NCBI GenBank assembly: GCA_032128375.1
Contig: JAQBGU010000179.1
Span: 32,001 to 96,000, forward strand
Length of the DNA: 64,000 nucleotides
From: Deltaproteobacteria bacterium
Lineage (GTDB): Bacteria > Myxococcota_A > UBA9160 > SMWR01
Direction of reading: 5' to 3'
Part shown: positions 29,079 to 38,489 of the stretch, piece after piece
How the letters are laid out: every line of letters begins with the position of its first letter
Position numbering within the stretch: the first letter of the stretch is position 1
Translations under genes and position numbers: made by a program
The notes under the pieces: generated by a model
Told to the model about the DNA's origin: nothing
The model's database searches: none
What the model saw: only the letters and a program-made list of their open reading frames with translations

Positions 29079-32000
29079 CTAGTCCCCCAGACGCTCTACG
29101 CGCACTGCGTCGGCAATCACGTAGCTTCCGGCCGGAGCGGCCTGGTCACTCAATCGCACTAGCAGGGTATCACCAGCAAGTTGATACACGCCGACGTCCT
29201 GCCACGACACTCCGTCCTCGACGAAATCAGAGGGTGCAACGCGCTGGTCAACGGCCACTGTTCCCAACTCGGTGGATCCATCCAAAACCGTATAGGGCGC
29301 GTTGTTTGCCCGGTTGCTGTAGGGCTCCCATGTCACGGACACGATGTACTGACCGGGTAGCAGTCCGCTCAGCGTCCACGTGGCGGTTTGCGTCCCGCTG
29401 CCAACCGCCTTGTAGCTGAAATCTCCTTGTGCGCCGACTCCGTTGTATGTGTTCCAGCTACCGACTGCGCTGTAACCCGGATCGCCATCATCGATGGTCC
29501 AGGTCGGGAGCAGCTCCTGGAAAACGGATCCGGACACGCCGAAATCGAAGGGGTTCTCGTTTGCGTCGTTAGAGTCGAAACTAACGACGCCGGCATGACT
29601 GCCCTCGAACACCGCATCGAGCTGCACGACGAAGTTCGTCGTCTGGCCAGGAGCCAGCAGCGTCGTGCCGAAGCCAGTGACGAGGCTGTACCCGCTGGGT
29701 AGCGCAATAGTGCCCAAGCTGAGATCCAATGTGCCCACATTCCCGACCGAAATCGTCTGTGTCAGCGGAGCGCCCACGACTGTGCTGCCGAAGTCGACAG
29801 AACCCGAACCGTCGGACAACCCTGCTCCAGCCACGAGCACCTGGATCTCTGGCGCCAACGGCACCTCCCCGAGGCTCTCGACGCGCACACCATCTGCAAT
29901 GACGTAGCTGCCCGACGGGCTGGCATTGTCGCTCAGACGAACCACCAGCGTGTCACCCGTGAGCTGATAGATGCCGACGTCCTGCCACGACACTCCGTCC
30001 TCGACGAAGTCAGCAGGTGCCGCGCGTTGATCAACGAGCACGGTCGCCAACTCGGTCGATCCATCCAAGACCGTATAGGGCGCGCTATCGGCACGGTTGG
30101 TGTATGGCTGCCATGTCACGGACACCACGTAGTCGCCCGGTACCAGTCCGCTCAACGTCCATGTGGCGGTTTGCGTCCCGGCGCCGACGATCTTGTAGCG
30201 GAAGTCTCCTTGTGCCCCGACTCCGTTGTAGGTGCTCCAGCTGCCACTGGCGCTGTAGCCCGCATCGCCATCGTCCAGGGTCCAGATCGGGGTCGGCTGC
30301 GCCGCGACGGACCCGGACACATTGAAATCGAAGGGATTCTCGTCTGCATCATCGGAGTCGAAGCTGATTGCGCCCGCATGCGTGCCCTCGAACACCGCAT
30401 CGAGTTGCACGGCGAACGTCGTCGTCTGGCCGGGAGTGAGCAGCGACGTTCCGAAGTTCGCGACGAGACTGAACCCGCTCGGCACTGTGATCGTGCCCAG
30501 GCTGAGATCCAATGTGCCCACATTGGCGACTGTGATCGTCTGTGCCAAGGGTGCGCCCACCAGCGTGCTGCCGAAGGCGACGAAGCCCGTTTCGTCGGTG
30601 ACGTCAGTTCCCGATACTGAAACCTGGATCTCCGGCGCAGGCGGCGTCGGCGCCGTGATGCTTCCTGACACAGCGAAGTCGAACGGGTTCTCGTCTGCGT
30701 CGTTGGAGTCGAAGCTGATTGCGCCGGCATGCGTGCCCACCGACACCGCGTCGAGCTGCACGACGAACGTCGTATTCGCACCGGGAGCCAGCAGTGTCGT
30801 TCCGAAGCCCGTGACCAGGCTGAACCCAGCGGGTAACGCGATCGCGCCCAATGCGAGATCCAGCGTCCCCGCATTGGCGACCGTGAATGTTCGCGTCAGC
30901 GGTGAACCCACCACTGTGCTGCCGAAGTTCACCGAACCGGTTCCATCCGCCACGTTGGCCCCGGCCACCTGTACCTGGACCTCCGGCGCCAGGACCAGGC
31001 CTCCGATGCGCTCCGCGCGTATGGCATCGGCGATCACGTAACTGCCCGGCGGGCCGGCAGCGTTGCTCAGTCGCACGACCAAGGTGTCACCTGCGAGTTG
31101 ATAGACGCCGACGTCTTGCCACGCCACGCCATCCTCGACGAAGTCAGCGGGTGCTGTGCGTTGGTCGACGGTCAGCGTCCCCAATTCGGTGGCCCCATCC
31201 AGGATTGTGTAGGGCGCGTCACTCGCTCGGTTGCTGTAGGACTCCCATGTCACCGACACGATGTACTGTCCCGATACCAGTCCGCTCAGTGTCCATGTGG
31301 CAGTCTGCGTTCCGGTGCCGACGGCCCGATAGCTGAAGTCACCCTTTGCCCCGACTCCAGTGTATGTGCTCCAGCTGCCACTCGTGCCGTAACCGACATC
31401 GCCATCGTCCAGAGTCCAGATGGGGGTCGGCTGCGCCGCGACGGATCCGGACACAGCGAAATCGAAGGGATTCTCGTCCGCATCATCGGAGTCGAAGCTG
31501 ATTGCGCCCGCATGCGTGCCCTCGAACACCGCATCGAGTTGCACGACAAAGGTCGTCGTCTGACCGGGAGTGAGCAGCGTCGTTCCGAAGTCCGCGACGA
31601 GGCTGAACCCGCTCGGCACTGTGATCGTGCCCAGGCTGAGATCCAATGTGCCCACATTGGCGACTGTGATCGTCTGTGCCAGGGGTGCGCCCACCAGCGT
31701 GCTGCCGAAGGCGACGAAGCCCGTTCCGTCGGTCAGGTCATTTACCGATACTGAAACCTGGAGCTCCGGCGCGGGCGGCGTCGGCGCCGTGATGGTTCCG
31801 GACGCAGCGAAGTCGAAGGGATTCTCGTCTGCGTCGTTGGAGTCGAAGCTGATTGCGCCGGCCTGCGTGCCCTCCGACACCGCATCGAGTTGAACGACGA
31901 ACGTCGTATTCGAGCCGGGAGCCAGCAGTGTTGTTCCGAAGCCCGCAAACAGGCTGAAACCGCTGGGCAGCGTGATGCTTCCCAATGCGAGATCCAGCGT

Positions 32001-35000
32001 CCCCGCATTGGCGACCGTGAACGTTCGCGTCAGCGGTGAACCCACCACTGTGCTGCCGAAGTCCACCGAACCGGTTCCATCCGCCACGTTGGCCCCGGCC
32101 ACCTGTACCTGGACCTCCGGCGCCAGGACCAGGCCTCCGATGCGCTCCGCGCGTATGGCATCGGCAATGACGTAACTACCCGGCGGACCGGCAGCGTCGC
32201 TCAGTCGCACGACCACGGTGTCACCCGTGATCTGATGAACACCGATGTCCTGCCAGAAAACCCCATTCTCGACGAAATCAGCGGGTGCCACACGCTGATC
32301 AACATTCGCAGTTCCCAGCTCAGTGGAACCATCGAATATGGTGTAGGGCGCAGTGTCGGGTCGATTGCTGTAGGGCTCCCATGTTGCCGACACCACGTAT
32401 AGCCCAGGTACCAGTCCACTCAGTGTCCATGTGGCGGTTTCCGCCCCGCTTCCGATCTGCTTGTAGCTGAAGTCTCCTTGTGCTCCGACTCCCGAATATG
32501 TGCTCCAGCCGCTCGTCGCGCTGTAGCCCAAGTCACCGTCGTCGACAGTCCAGGTAGGGGACGGCGCCGCCAGGACTGTTCCGGACACTGCGAAGTCGAA
32601 CGGGTTCTCGTCCGCGTCGTTGGAGTTGAAGCTGATCACACCCGCATGGGTACCCTCGACAAGTGCGTCGAGCTGTATCACAAAGCTCGTGTTCTGACCC
32701 GGAGCCAGCAGTGTCGTACCAAAGTCCGCCACCAGACTGAACCCGCTCGGCAGTGTGATCGCGCCCAGAGTGAGATCCAACGTGCCTGTATTCGCGACCG
32801 TAAGGGTCTGCGTCACCGGCGCACCTACCTGGGTGCTGCCCAAGTCCACAAATCCCGTTCCGTCGGCCACGTCGGACCCAGCCAACAGCACCTGTATCTC
32901 GGGCGCGGGTGGTGTCGGCGCCGTGACGGTCCCGGACACTGCGAAGTCGAACGGGTTCTCGTCCGCGTCGTTGGAGTCGAAGCTGATCACGCCGGCATGC
33001 GCGCCCTCCAACACCGCATCGAGTTGCACGACAAACGTCGTGGTCGCACCAGGAGCCAGCAGTGTCGCTCCGAAGCCCGTGACCAGGCTGAAACCACCCG
33101 GCAGCGCGATCGTGCCCAACGTGAGATTCAACGAGCCCAAATTGGCCACCGAGAACGTCTGCGTCAGCGGCGAACCCGCCGCAGTGCTGCCGAAGGCCAC
33201 CGAACCGGTTCCATCAGCCACGTCAGCACCAGCCACTTGTACGCGGACCTCGGGGGCCGAGACCAAGTCGCCGATGCGTTCCATGCGCACCGCATCGGCA
33301 ACCGCGTAGCTGCCCGCCGGGCTGCCAGCGTCGCTCAGGCGCACCGACAGCGTGTCACCCGCGAGCTGATACGTGCCCACGTCCTGCCACGTCACGCCAC
33401 TTTCGACGAAGTCGGCAGGGGCAACACGCTGATCGAATACGACTGTCCCCAACTCCGACGACCCAGCCAACACCGTGTAGGGTGCGCTATCGGTTCGGTT
33501 GCTGTAGGGCTGCCATGTTACCGAGACCCGGTATTCGCCGGGTACCAACCCGCCGCGTGTCCACGTAGCGGCTTCGCTCCCGCTACCCACCGGCTTGTAG
33601 CTGAAGTCTCCTTGCGCCCCTGACCCGACGTAGCTGCTCCAGCTACCTGTCGCGCTGTAACCGCTGTCACCGTCGTCAACGATCCAGGAAGTGGGACTTG
33701 GCAACACCCGGAAGATCACATGGAAGCGATCGTCGAGTGGCTCGCCGGCGATTTCGTCGCGGTCCTGGTCCATGGCGCGACCCAGATTGTCTTCGATGTC
33801 TGGGCCCACGTGCAGACTGTACGTACCGGCAGTCGCTTGCAGAGGGAACAGCACTTCGAACTGGACGTCCGTGATCGCGTTGACGGCGGTTGGGATGATG
33901 AGACCCGAAGGTCCGGCCAGCAGGACATCGTCTGTTGCGAATGTTTGTGCCGACATGGGACTGTCGAAAGTGAGATAGACCTGGCCGATCGGCGCCTCGA
34001 CGTGGCCGATGGGATCCGCCATCACGATCCGCGGGCCTGCGACGCTCGGCGTATTCACGGCCGCGTAGGCGTCTAGCATACCGCCGGTGCTCACCTTGTT
34101 CGCGAGACCGGAAAGCGGTGTGACGGTCGACAGGACTTGGTTGACGAGCCACGCGGGCGATTGGTCTGGGTACAGACCCGCCAACAGCGATACGGTCCCA
34201 GCGACATGTGGCGTCGCCATGGAAGTACCACTCCAGAGGACGTAGTTCCCACCCAGGCCCGTACTCAGGATACTGGCCCCCGGACCAGCGAGGTCGACTG
34301 AGGTCAGACCGAAGTTCGAGAAGGCTGACAGGCTCCCATCCGGATCCACCGATGCGACACTGATGAGATTCGGCAGATCGGAATAGGCTGCCGGATAGTA
34401 GGCGTCGGACGGGTCGTCAATATCGTTGGAATGATTGCCGGCAGCCGCCACGACGACCACACCATTGTCTCCGGCCCACTGGATGGATTCCTTCAGCGCC
34501 GGACTATCCGCGAATGTTCCCCAGCTCGCATTGATGACGTTCGCGCCCAGCAATACGGCGTGTTCGATCGCCTGGATCGCGTCCGAGACCGTCCCACCCC
34601 CACCGTCGGCGTCGTGAAAACGCTCGGGAAGGATCTGGGTTCGCCAGTCCACACCCGCAACTCCGACCCCATTGTCGCCTCGGGCGGCAATGATCCCGGT
34701 CACGTGCGTGCCGTGACCCTGGGTATCCATGGAATCGTTGGCGTCGATGATATGGTCCCAGCCGGTGAGGTCGTCCAGGTATGCATTGCTATCGCCGTCG
34801 ATCGCGTCCATCCAGCTCGGAACACGCAGATCGTCTGCGTCGATGTATCCGTTTCCATTCTGATCGGCTACCAGGGTCTGATTGAACTTTTCGCCCTGGC
34901 CATCGAGAGTGATGTCGCCGTTCGCATCGAGCGAGTTGAGATCGTAGAAGTCGATCAATCCGTTCGAATTGGTATCGACGAGTTGGCCCAGCAACGATGT

Positions 35001-35921
35001 CGGAATCTCGCCATTGTTGATGGCGATGGCCAGGTACAAATCCGGATGGGTGTAGTCAGTGCCGGTATCCATCACCGCGACGAGCGTCTTGGCGCTGCCG
35101 GTTGTTTGATCCCAAGCGAGCGATGCAGCGATGTCCACGCCCGTCGGGTTTTCGAGTCCCCACTGGGAATCGAACAACGGATCGTTGGGCCCATACGCGT
35201 CGAGCCGCAGGGAGTGATCGGCTTCGGCACGTCGGATCTCGGGAAGTGCCGTTAGTGCGCCCAACACCTGGTCCAACTCAGCTCGGTCCCCGCCGCCGCG
35301 CGAGAGCTCCACGCGACCGAGACGCCCCCCGAGCCAGGTCTTCGATATTCGGGCTCCGATCGAATCCATGACTGCCAACGAGGCGGCTGAGAGTGGAATC
35401 GGAACCTGGCCCTCATACCCATCTGTCTCGAATCGCACGATGACCCGGTCGACCCGCATGTGTACGGTTCGCCCGCGAATCTGTTCCGCCCTGAATTTGG
35501 GATCCGTGGGCCCAGCTTCAGCGCGTCGCGGATTGATCGAGGCCTGGACCTCGACCTCGGAGATGGATTCACTCACGCCATCGGAAACGATGACTCGAAT
35601 AACGTAGGTGCCGGCGACGTTGGGTGTGAAATTGGCGGTCGTGATGTCCGCATGCTCATCGCCGTTGGGCGAGAAACTGGCGTTTCCCGACGGCGGGCCG
35701 GCGACCTGGACCCACCGATAGGTCAACGGATTGGGGATCGGAATTGCGGAGCGAGCGACAACCTGTAGTGTCGTTTGTCGCGCGGGAAGAGTGAGCTCCG
35801 CATCGTGGGCCCACGCCCCCACCTCGATGATCGGAAGCTCGACGGCGGCGGAAGGGTCGGCGCTTACGACGGGCGACAGCAAGAGCAAGTGCAAGAGGAA
35901 TATGGGGAATCGCTCGCGCAT
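29079..35921 (-). CDS. Giant secreted S8 subtilase with PKD-like N-domain, 5 golvesin/Xly-CBD-like and 7 choice-of-anchor-D/ASH Ig-like repeats
   Basis: Signal peptide; triad VMDTG, HGTHVTG, GTSMATP; oxyanion AAGN; repeats DDGD.GYS..G.W...ADA.R and PE..V.....V.DG...FG...F.SND.DENPF.F. Confidence 0.9.
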   Translation of the reverse strand: MRERFPIFLLHLLLLSPVVSADPSAAVELPIIEVGAWAHDAELTLPARQTTLQVVARSAIPIPNPLTYRWVQVAGPPSGNASFSPNGDEHADITTANFTPNVAGTYVIRVIVSDGVSESISEVEVQASINPRRAEAGPTDPKFRAEQIRGRTVHMRVDRVIVRFETDGYEGQVPIPLSAASLAVMDSIGARISKTWLGGRLGRVELSRGGGDRAELDQVLGALTALPEIRRAEADHSLRLDAYGPNDPLFDSQWGLENPTGVDIAASLAWDQTTGSAKTLVAVMDTGTDYTHPDLYLAIAINNGEIPTSLLGQLVDTNSNGLIDFYDLNSLDANGDITLDGQGEKFNQTLVADQNGNGYIDADDLRVPSWMDAIDGDSNAYLDDLTGWDHIIDANDSMDTQGHGTHVTGIIAARGDNGVGVAGVDWRTQILPERFHDADGGGGTVSDAIQAIEHAVLLGANVINASWGTFADSPALKESIQWAGDNGVVVVAAAGNHSNDIDDPSDAYYPAAYSDLPNLISVASVDPDGSLSAFSNFGLTSVDLAGPGASILSTGLGGNYVLWSGTSMATPHVAGTVSLLAGLYPDQSPAWLVNQVLSTVTPLSGLANKVSTGGMLDAYAAVNTPSVAGPRIVMADPIGHVEAPIGQVYLTFDSPMSAQTFATDDVLLAGPSGLIIPTAVNAITDVQFEVLFPLQATAGTYSLHVGPDIEDNLGRAMDQDRDEIAGEPLDDRFHVIFRVLPSPTSWIVDDGDSGYSATGSWSSYVGSGAQGDFSYKPVGSGSEAATWTRGGLVPGEYRVSVTWQPYSNRTDSAPYTVLAGSSELGTVVFDQRVAPADFVESGVTWQDVGTYQLAGDTLSVRLSDAGSPAGSYAVADAVRMERIGDLVSAPEVRVQVAGADVADGTGSVAFGSTAAGSPLTQTFSVANLGSLNLTLGTIALPGGFSLVTGFGATLLAPGATTTFVVQLDAVLEGAHAGVISFDSNDADENPFDFAVSGTVTAPTPPAPEIQVLLAGSDVADGTGFVDLGSTQVGAPVTQTLTVANTGTLDLTLGAITLPSGFSLVADFGTTLLAPGQNTSFVIQLDALVEGTHAGVISFNSNDADENPFDFAVSGTVLAAPSPTWTVDDGDLGYSATSGWSTYSGVGAQGDFSYKQIGSGAETATWTLSGLVPGLYVVSATWEPYSNRPDTAPYTIFDGSTELGTANVDQRVAPADFVENGVFWQDIGVHQITGDTVVVRLSDAAGPPGSYVIADAIRAERIGGLVLAPEVQVQVAGANVADGTGSVDFGSTVVGSPLTRTFTVANAGTLDLALGSITLPSGFSLFAGFGTTLLAPGSNTTFVVQLDAVSEGTQAGAISFDSNDADENPFDFAASGTITAPTPPAPELQVSVSVNDLTDGTGFVAFGSTLVGAPLAQTITVANVGTLDLSLGTITVPSGFSLVADFGTTLLTPGQTTTFVVQLDAVFEGTHAGAISFDSDDADENPFDFAVSGSVAAQPTPIWTLDDGDVGYGTSGSWSTYTGVGAKGDFSYRAVGTGTQTATWTLSGLVSGQYIVSVTWESYSNRASDAPYTILDGATELGTLTVDQRTAPADFVEDGVAWQDVGVYQLAGDTLVVRLSNAAGPPGSYVIADAIRAERIGGLVLAPEVQVQVAGANVADGTGSVNFGSTVVGSPLTRTFTVANAGTLDLALGAIALPAGFSLVTGFGTTLLAPGANTTFVVQLDAVSVGTHAGAISFDSNDADENPFDFAVSGSITAPTPPAPEIQVSVSGTDVTDETGFVAFGSTLVGAPLAQTITVANVGTLDLSLGTITVPSGFSLVANFGTSLLTPGQTTTFAVQLDAVFEGTHAGAISFDSDDADENPFDFNVSGSVAAQPTPIWTLDDGDAGYSASGSWSTYNGVGAQGDFRYKIVGAGTQTATWTLSGLVPGDYVVSVTWQPYTNRADSAPYTVLDGSTELATVLVDQRAAPADFVEDGVSWQDVGIYQLTGDTLVVRLSDNASPSGSYVIADGVRVESLGEVPLAPEIQVLVAGAGLSDGSGSVDFGSTVVGAPLTQTISVGNVGTLDLSLGTIALPSGYSLVTGFGTTLLAPGQTTNFVVQLDAVFEGSHAGVVSFDSNDANENPFDFGVSGSVFQELLPTWTIDDGDPGYSAVGSWNTYNGVGAQGDFSYKAVGSGTQTATWTLSGLLPGQYIVSVTWEPYSNRANNAPYTVLDGSTELGTVAVDQRVAPSDFVEDGVSWQDVGVYQLAGDTLLVRLSDQAAPAGSYVIADAVRVERLGD
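29090..33690 (-). repeat. Long intragenic tandem domain repeats (period about 1134 bp)
   Basis: Near-identical blocks, e.g. 30961 vs 32095; module order A-BB-A-BB-A-BB-A-B-A. Confidence 0.9.
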
Positions 35922-35994
35922 CAATCCAAACTCGAAGCTGGCAGCGGCTCACATGGCGTGAAACGCACCCGATCCTGACAGGAGGCGACACCGC

Positions 35995-36660
35995 TGTCAA
36001 TCAAATACGGGTCCCGAATCAAAGTCATCCTTGGCTGGACCCAAACATCGATCGCAAGATTCGTCTCGAGAAGTTGCGGCCCCAGCGGTCGGATCGGAGA
36101 ATGCAAAGTATTCTCAAGATCTCACGACGATGACGATATAGTTGCCTATCCGATTCAGTCCGGAGGCGCGCCGGTTCGCGTAGAGGATCAGCCACTCCGT
36201 CGGCGCTCGCCGAGCGGCCCGGATCGATTCCGACGCATGTGCCTGAACGGGTTCTCGAGCAATGGGGTTGTCGGTTGGCAATTCGCAGGTAGCGGCCGGC
36301 GGTCGCGGCTGGAAGACCTCGACTCGGGCGAGCCACGATGTCCCGAACGGAATCGCGCACACGCCTGCAAGTCCCCGGCATAAGCTTGCGGAATCCGCCC
36401 GCATTTCGTGTCGCCCCAGCAAGCTAGCTATAGCTAGTATTCGCCATTCTCATCATCCTACCGTATGTGGTTGAATCCAAGGGAAAATCGCGAAATTTTT
36501 TGCGCACCGCGTCCCTGCTTCCGCGCAGCAAGCGGGCATTGCCAAATCGGGTCTCTGCGTGGAGATGGCTGCGAGTGCGGTTCGGACGCTTGCCTCGCCG
36601 CCGCGGGATCGGGGCCGCGCCGGCGGATCACCCGTGTTGGCAGCTTGGCCCAAGGTCCGA
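35995..36660 (-). pseudogene. Probable highly decayed remnant of the 3' part of the heparinase-like gene
   Basis: Colinear weak matches GRHEMR/GRPETR, PVQAHASESIRAA/PVDAQRAAIRDA, LIRDPYLI/LIRTPLI. Confidence 0.4.
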
Positions 36661-36680
36661 ATCGGTGAGCCAATCTTCTC

Positions 36681-36850
36681 GCCGTACACTGTAGCGTTTC
36701 GCATGTTCGCATGCTGAGTCGGACTGAAGTCGTCGTCTGCGAGGCTCTCGCGTCCGCCTCGACCATTGGCTTCGACTTGGCTTACGGGTTTACCGGGCTG
36801 AACTCGGCGGCTTCGGTCAATACCTCGTCTGGGCTTCGGCGCCGTAGCGC
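36681..36850 (-). pseudogene. Decayed internal fragment of an NAD-dependent epimerase (paralog of 48519-49559)
   Basis: SPDEVL.E.A.FSPV.P...SK.MVEAD...LADDDFSPT..MRNATVYG colinear with 49047-49210, with a stop and frameshifts. Confidence 0.85.
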
Positions 36851-36870
36851 CTGTTACAAGCAGCGGGGCT

Positions 36871-37130
36871 CAGTCGTTCATTGCGCACGCCTGGACGAAC
36901 GGTGTAGATATTCTCGCGATGGATCCAGTGAGCGGAACGACGACGGCTGGAGCTGGTGAGGACCCCGTACAATGACCTCGCGAACCTTCGGTGGCTCGGA
37001 GCGGTGCGGGGCGTTACGCCGCTGTTCGCATCTTCAAACGCCAGCCTGTGGTGCTGCGTGGTGCTGCGTGGTACTGCCGGATACAGTGGGAGCTCGTGTC
37101 AAGACCATCTCATCGCGATCGGACCCCGAA
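36871..37130 (+). pseudogene. Decayed fragment paralogous to the C-terminal domain of 38490-40217
   Basis: QSFIAHAWTNGVDILAMDPVSG / YNDLANLRWLGAVRGVTPLFASS vs QSFIAHVWTDGADTLAIDPASG / YNDFDNLRWLGVRQGATPVFASS; 10-bp x3 repeat at 37048-37077. Confidence 0.88.
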
Positions 37131-37197
37131 AGGCGGAAGCGATGGGAACCGCTGGCCTGCGTAGGCCGCATGCAGCAAGTGGAATTTCGGCGCTGAG

Positions 37198-38436
37198 ATG
37201 GCCAAGATCTTATGGCTTTCACATCTGCTCCCTTATCCGCCCAAGGGCGGAGCGCTCCAACGCAGCTTTCATCTGCTTCGTGGAGCGGCAGAGTTCGGCG
37301 ATGTAGATATCGTGAGCTTTCGTCAAGCCGCACTGCATCCGGATGCTCACGCAGTCTCAGCTGCCACGGAGGCGCTCTCGGAGTATGCCACCGTGAGAGC
37401 TGTGTTCGATCTTCCGACCGATCGAAACGTGCTTCTCAAGGGGTGGCTGCTGTTTTCGAGCACTCTGACCCGGACTCCATTCACCGTTCGGTGGAACACC
37501 CAGCGCGAGCTGGGGTCGTTTCTCGAAGCCAACGGGGCTGACTACGACCTCGTGCACTTCGATACGATTGGGATGTTCCAGTATCGACGGTTCTTTCCGA
37601 ACGCTACTTGGGTCCTGAATCACCACAACATCGAGTCCGACATGATGGCGCGTAGAGCACGGCGCTCCGGACTTACGTTGCGGCCCTACTTGAAATGGGA
37701 AGCGCATCGCCTGCTTGCTTGGGAGCGCCACTTTGGGTCAGAAGCTGACGCCCATCTGGTCGTGTCTGAACTGGACAGGGATCGGCTTCTTGCCATCATT
37801 CCAACGGCCCGCGTTGCCGTAGTCGAGAACCCAACCGACTGCGAGTATTTCACGCCGTCAGAGTTCTCACGGACGGAGGGCTCAGTCACTTTCGTTGGGC
37901 GCATCGACGCGTATGCGAACGCTGAAGCGGTTCGCTGGATTCGGGACGAGATCTGGCCGCTCATCCGGCGAGGAGGCGAGCGCTGCACGTTGTCGATCGT
38001 CGGCCGCAGTCCTCCGCGAGACATCCAACAGTGGGGTCACGGAGACCCGGATATCGAGGTCACAGGCTTTGTCGATGATGTGCGGCCCTGGATGAACCGC
38101 GCGCAAGTGTACCTATGTCCGATCCGAGATGGTGGGGGTACGCGTCTCAAGGTCCTAGATGCGATGGCCATGCAACTTGCACTCGTGTGTCATCCGATGG
38201 CGTGCGAGGGAATCGATGTTCGGCATGAAGAGCATTTACTGCTGGCTGAAACCGCAGAGGACTCCGCTAGAGCCTGCCTGCGGTTGCTCCATGACCCCGA
38301 TCTTCGAGAAAGGCTCGGGCGTCGCGCACGAGAACTCGTCGAAGAGCGATATTCTCTTCCGATCGTTTGGTCGAACCAGGCTCGGGCGTACGCCCAGGCA
38401 CTCTCGATCGGTAGTGGCAGCCGCGCTTCTCGATAG
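37198..38436 (+). CDS. Glycosyltransferase family 4
   Basis: PYPPKGG, HHNIES, PIRDGGGTRLKVLDAMA. Confidence 0.92.
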   Translation: MAKILWLSHLLPYPPKGGALQRSFHLLRGAAEFGDVDIVSFRQAALHPDAHAVSAATEALSEYATVRAVFDLPTDRNVLLKGWLLFSSTLTRTPFTVRWNTQRELGSFLEANGADYDLVHFDTIGMFQYRRFFPNATWVLNHHNIESDMMARRARRSGLTLRPYLKWEAHRLLAWERHFGSEADAHLVVSELDRDRLLAIIPTARVAVVENPTDCEYFTPSEFSRTEGSVTFVGRIDAYANAEAVRWIRDEIWPLIRRGGERCTLSIVGRSPPRDIQQWGHGDPDIEVTGFVDDVRPWMNRAQVYLCPIRDGGGTRLKVLDAMAMQLALVCHPMACEGIDVRHEEHLLLAETAEDSARACLRLLHDPDLRERLGRRARELVEERYSLPIVWSNQARAYAQALSIGSGSRASR

Positions 38437-38489
38437 ACGAGGCTGCTTGAAAAGCCAGCGAATTTTCGCGACTGGGTCACTCGTCGAGA

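Noticed and set aside
36376..36390. CGGCATAAGCTTGC sigma-54-like site
   Set aside because: GG-GC spacing is 9 rather than 10.
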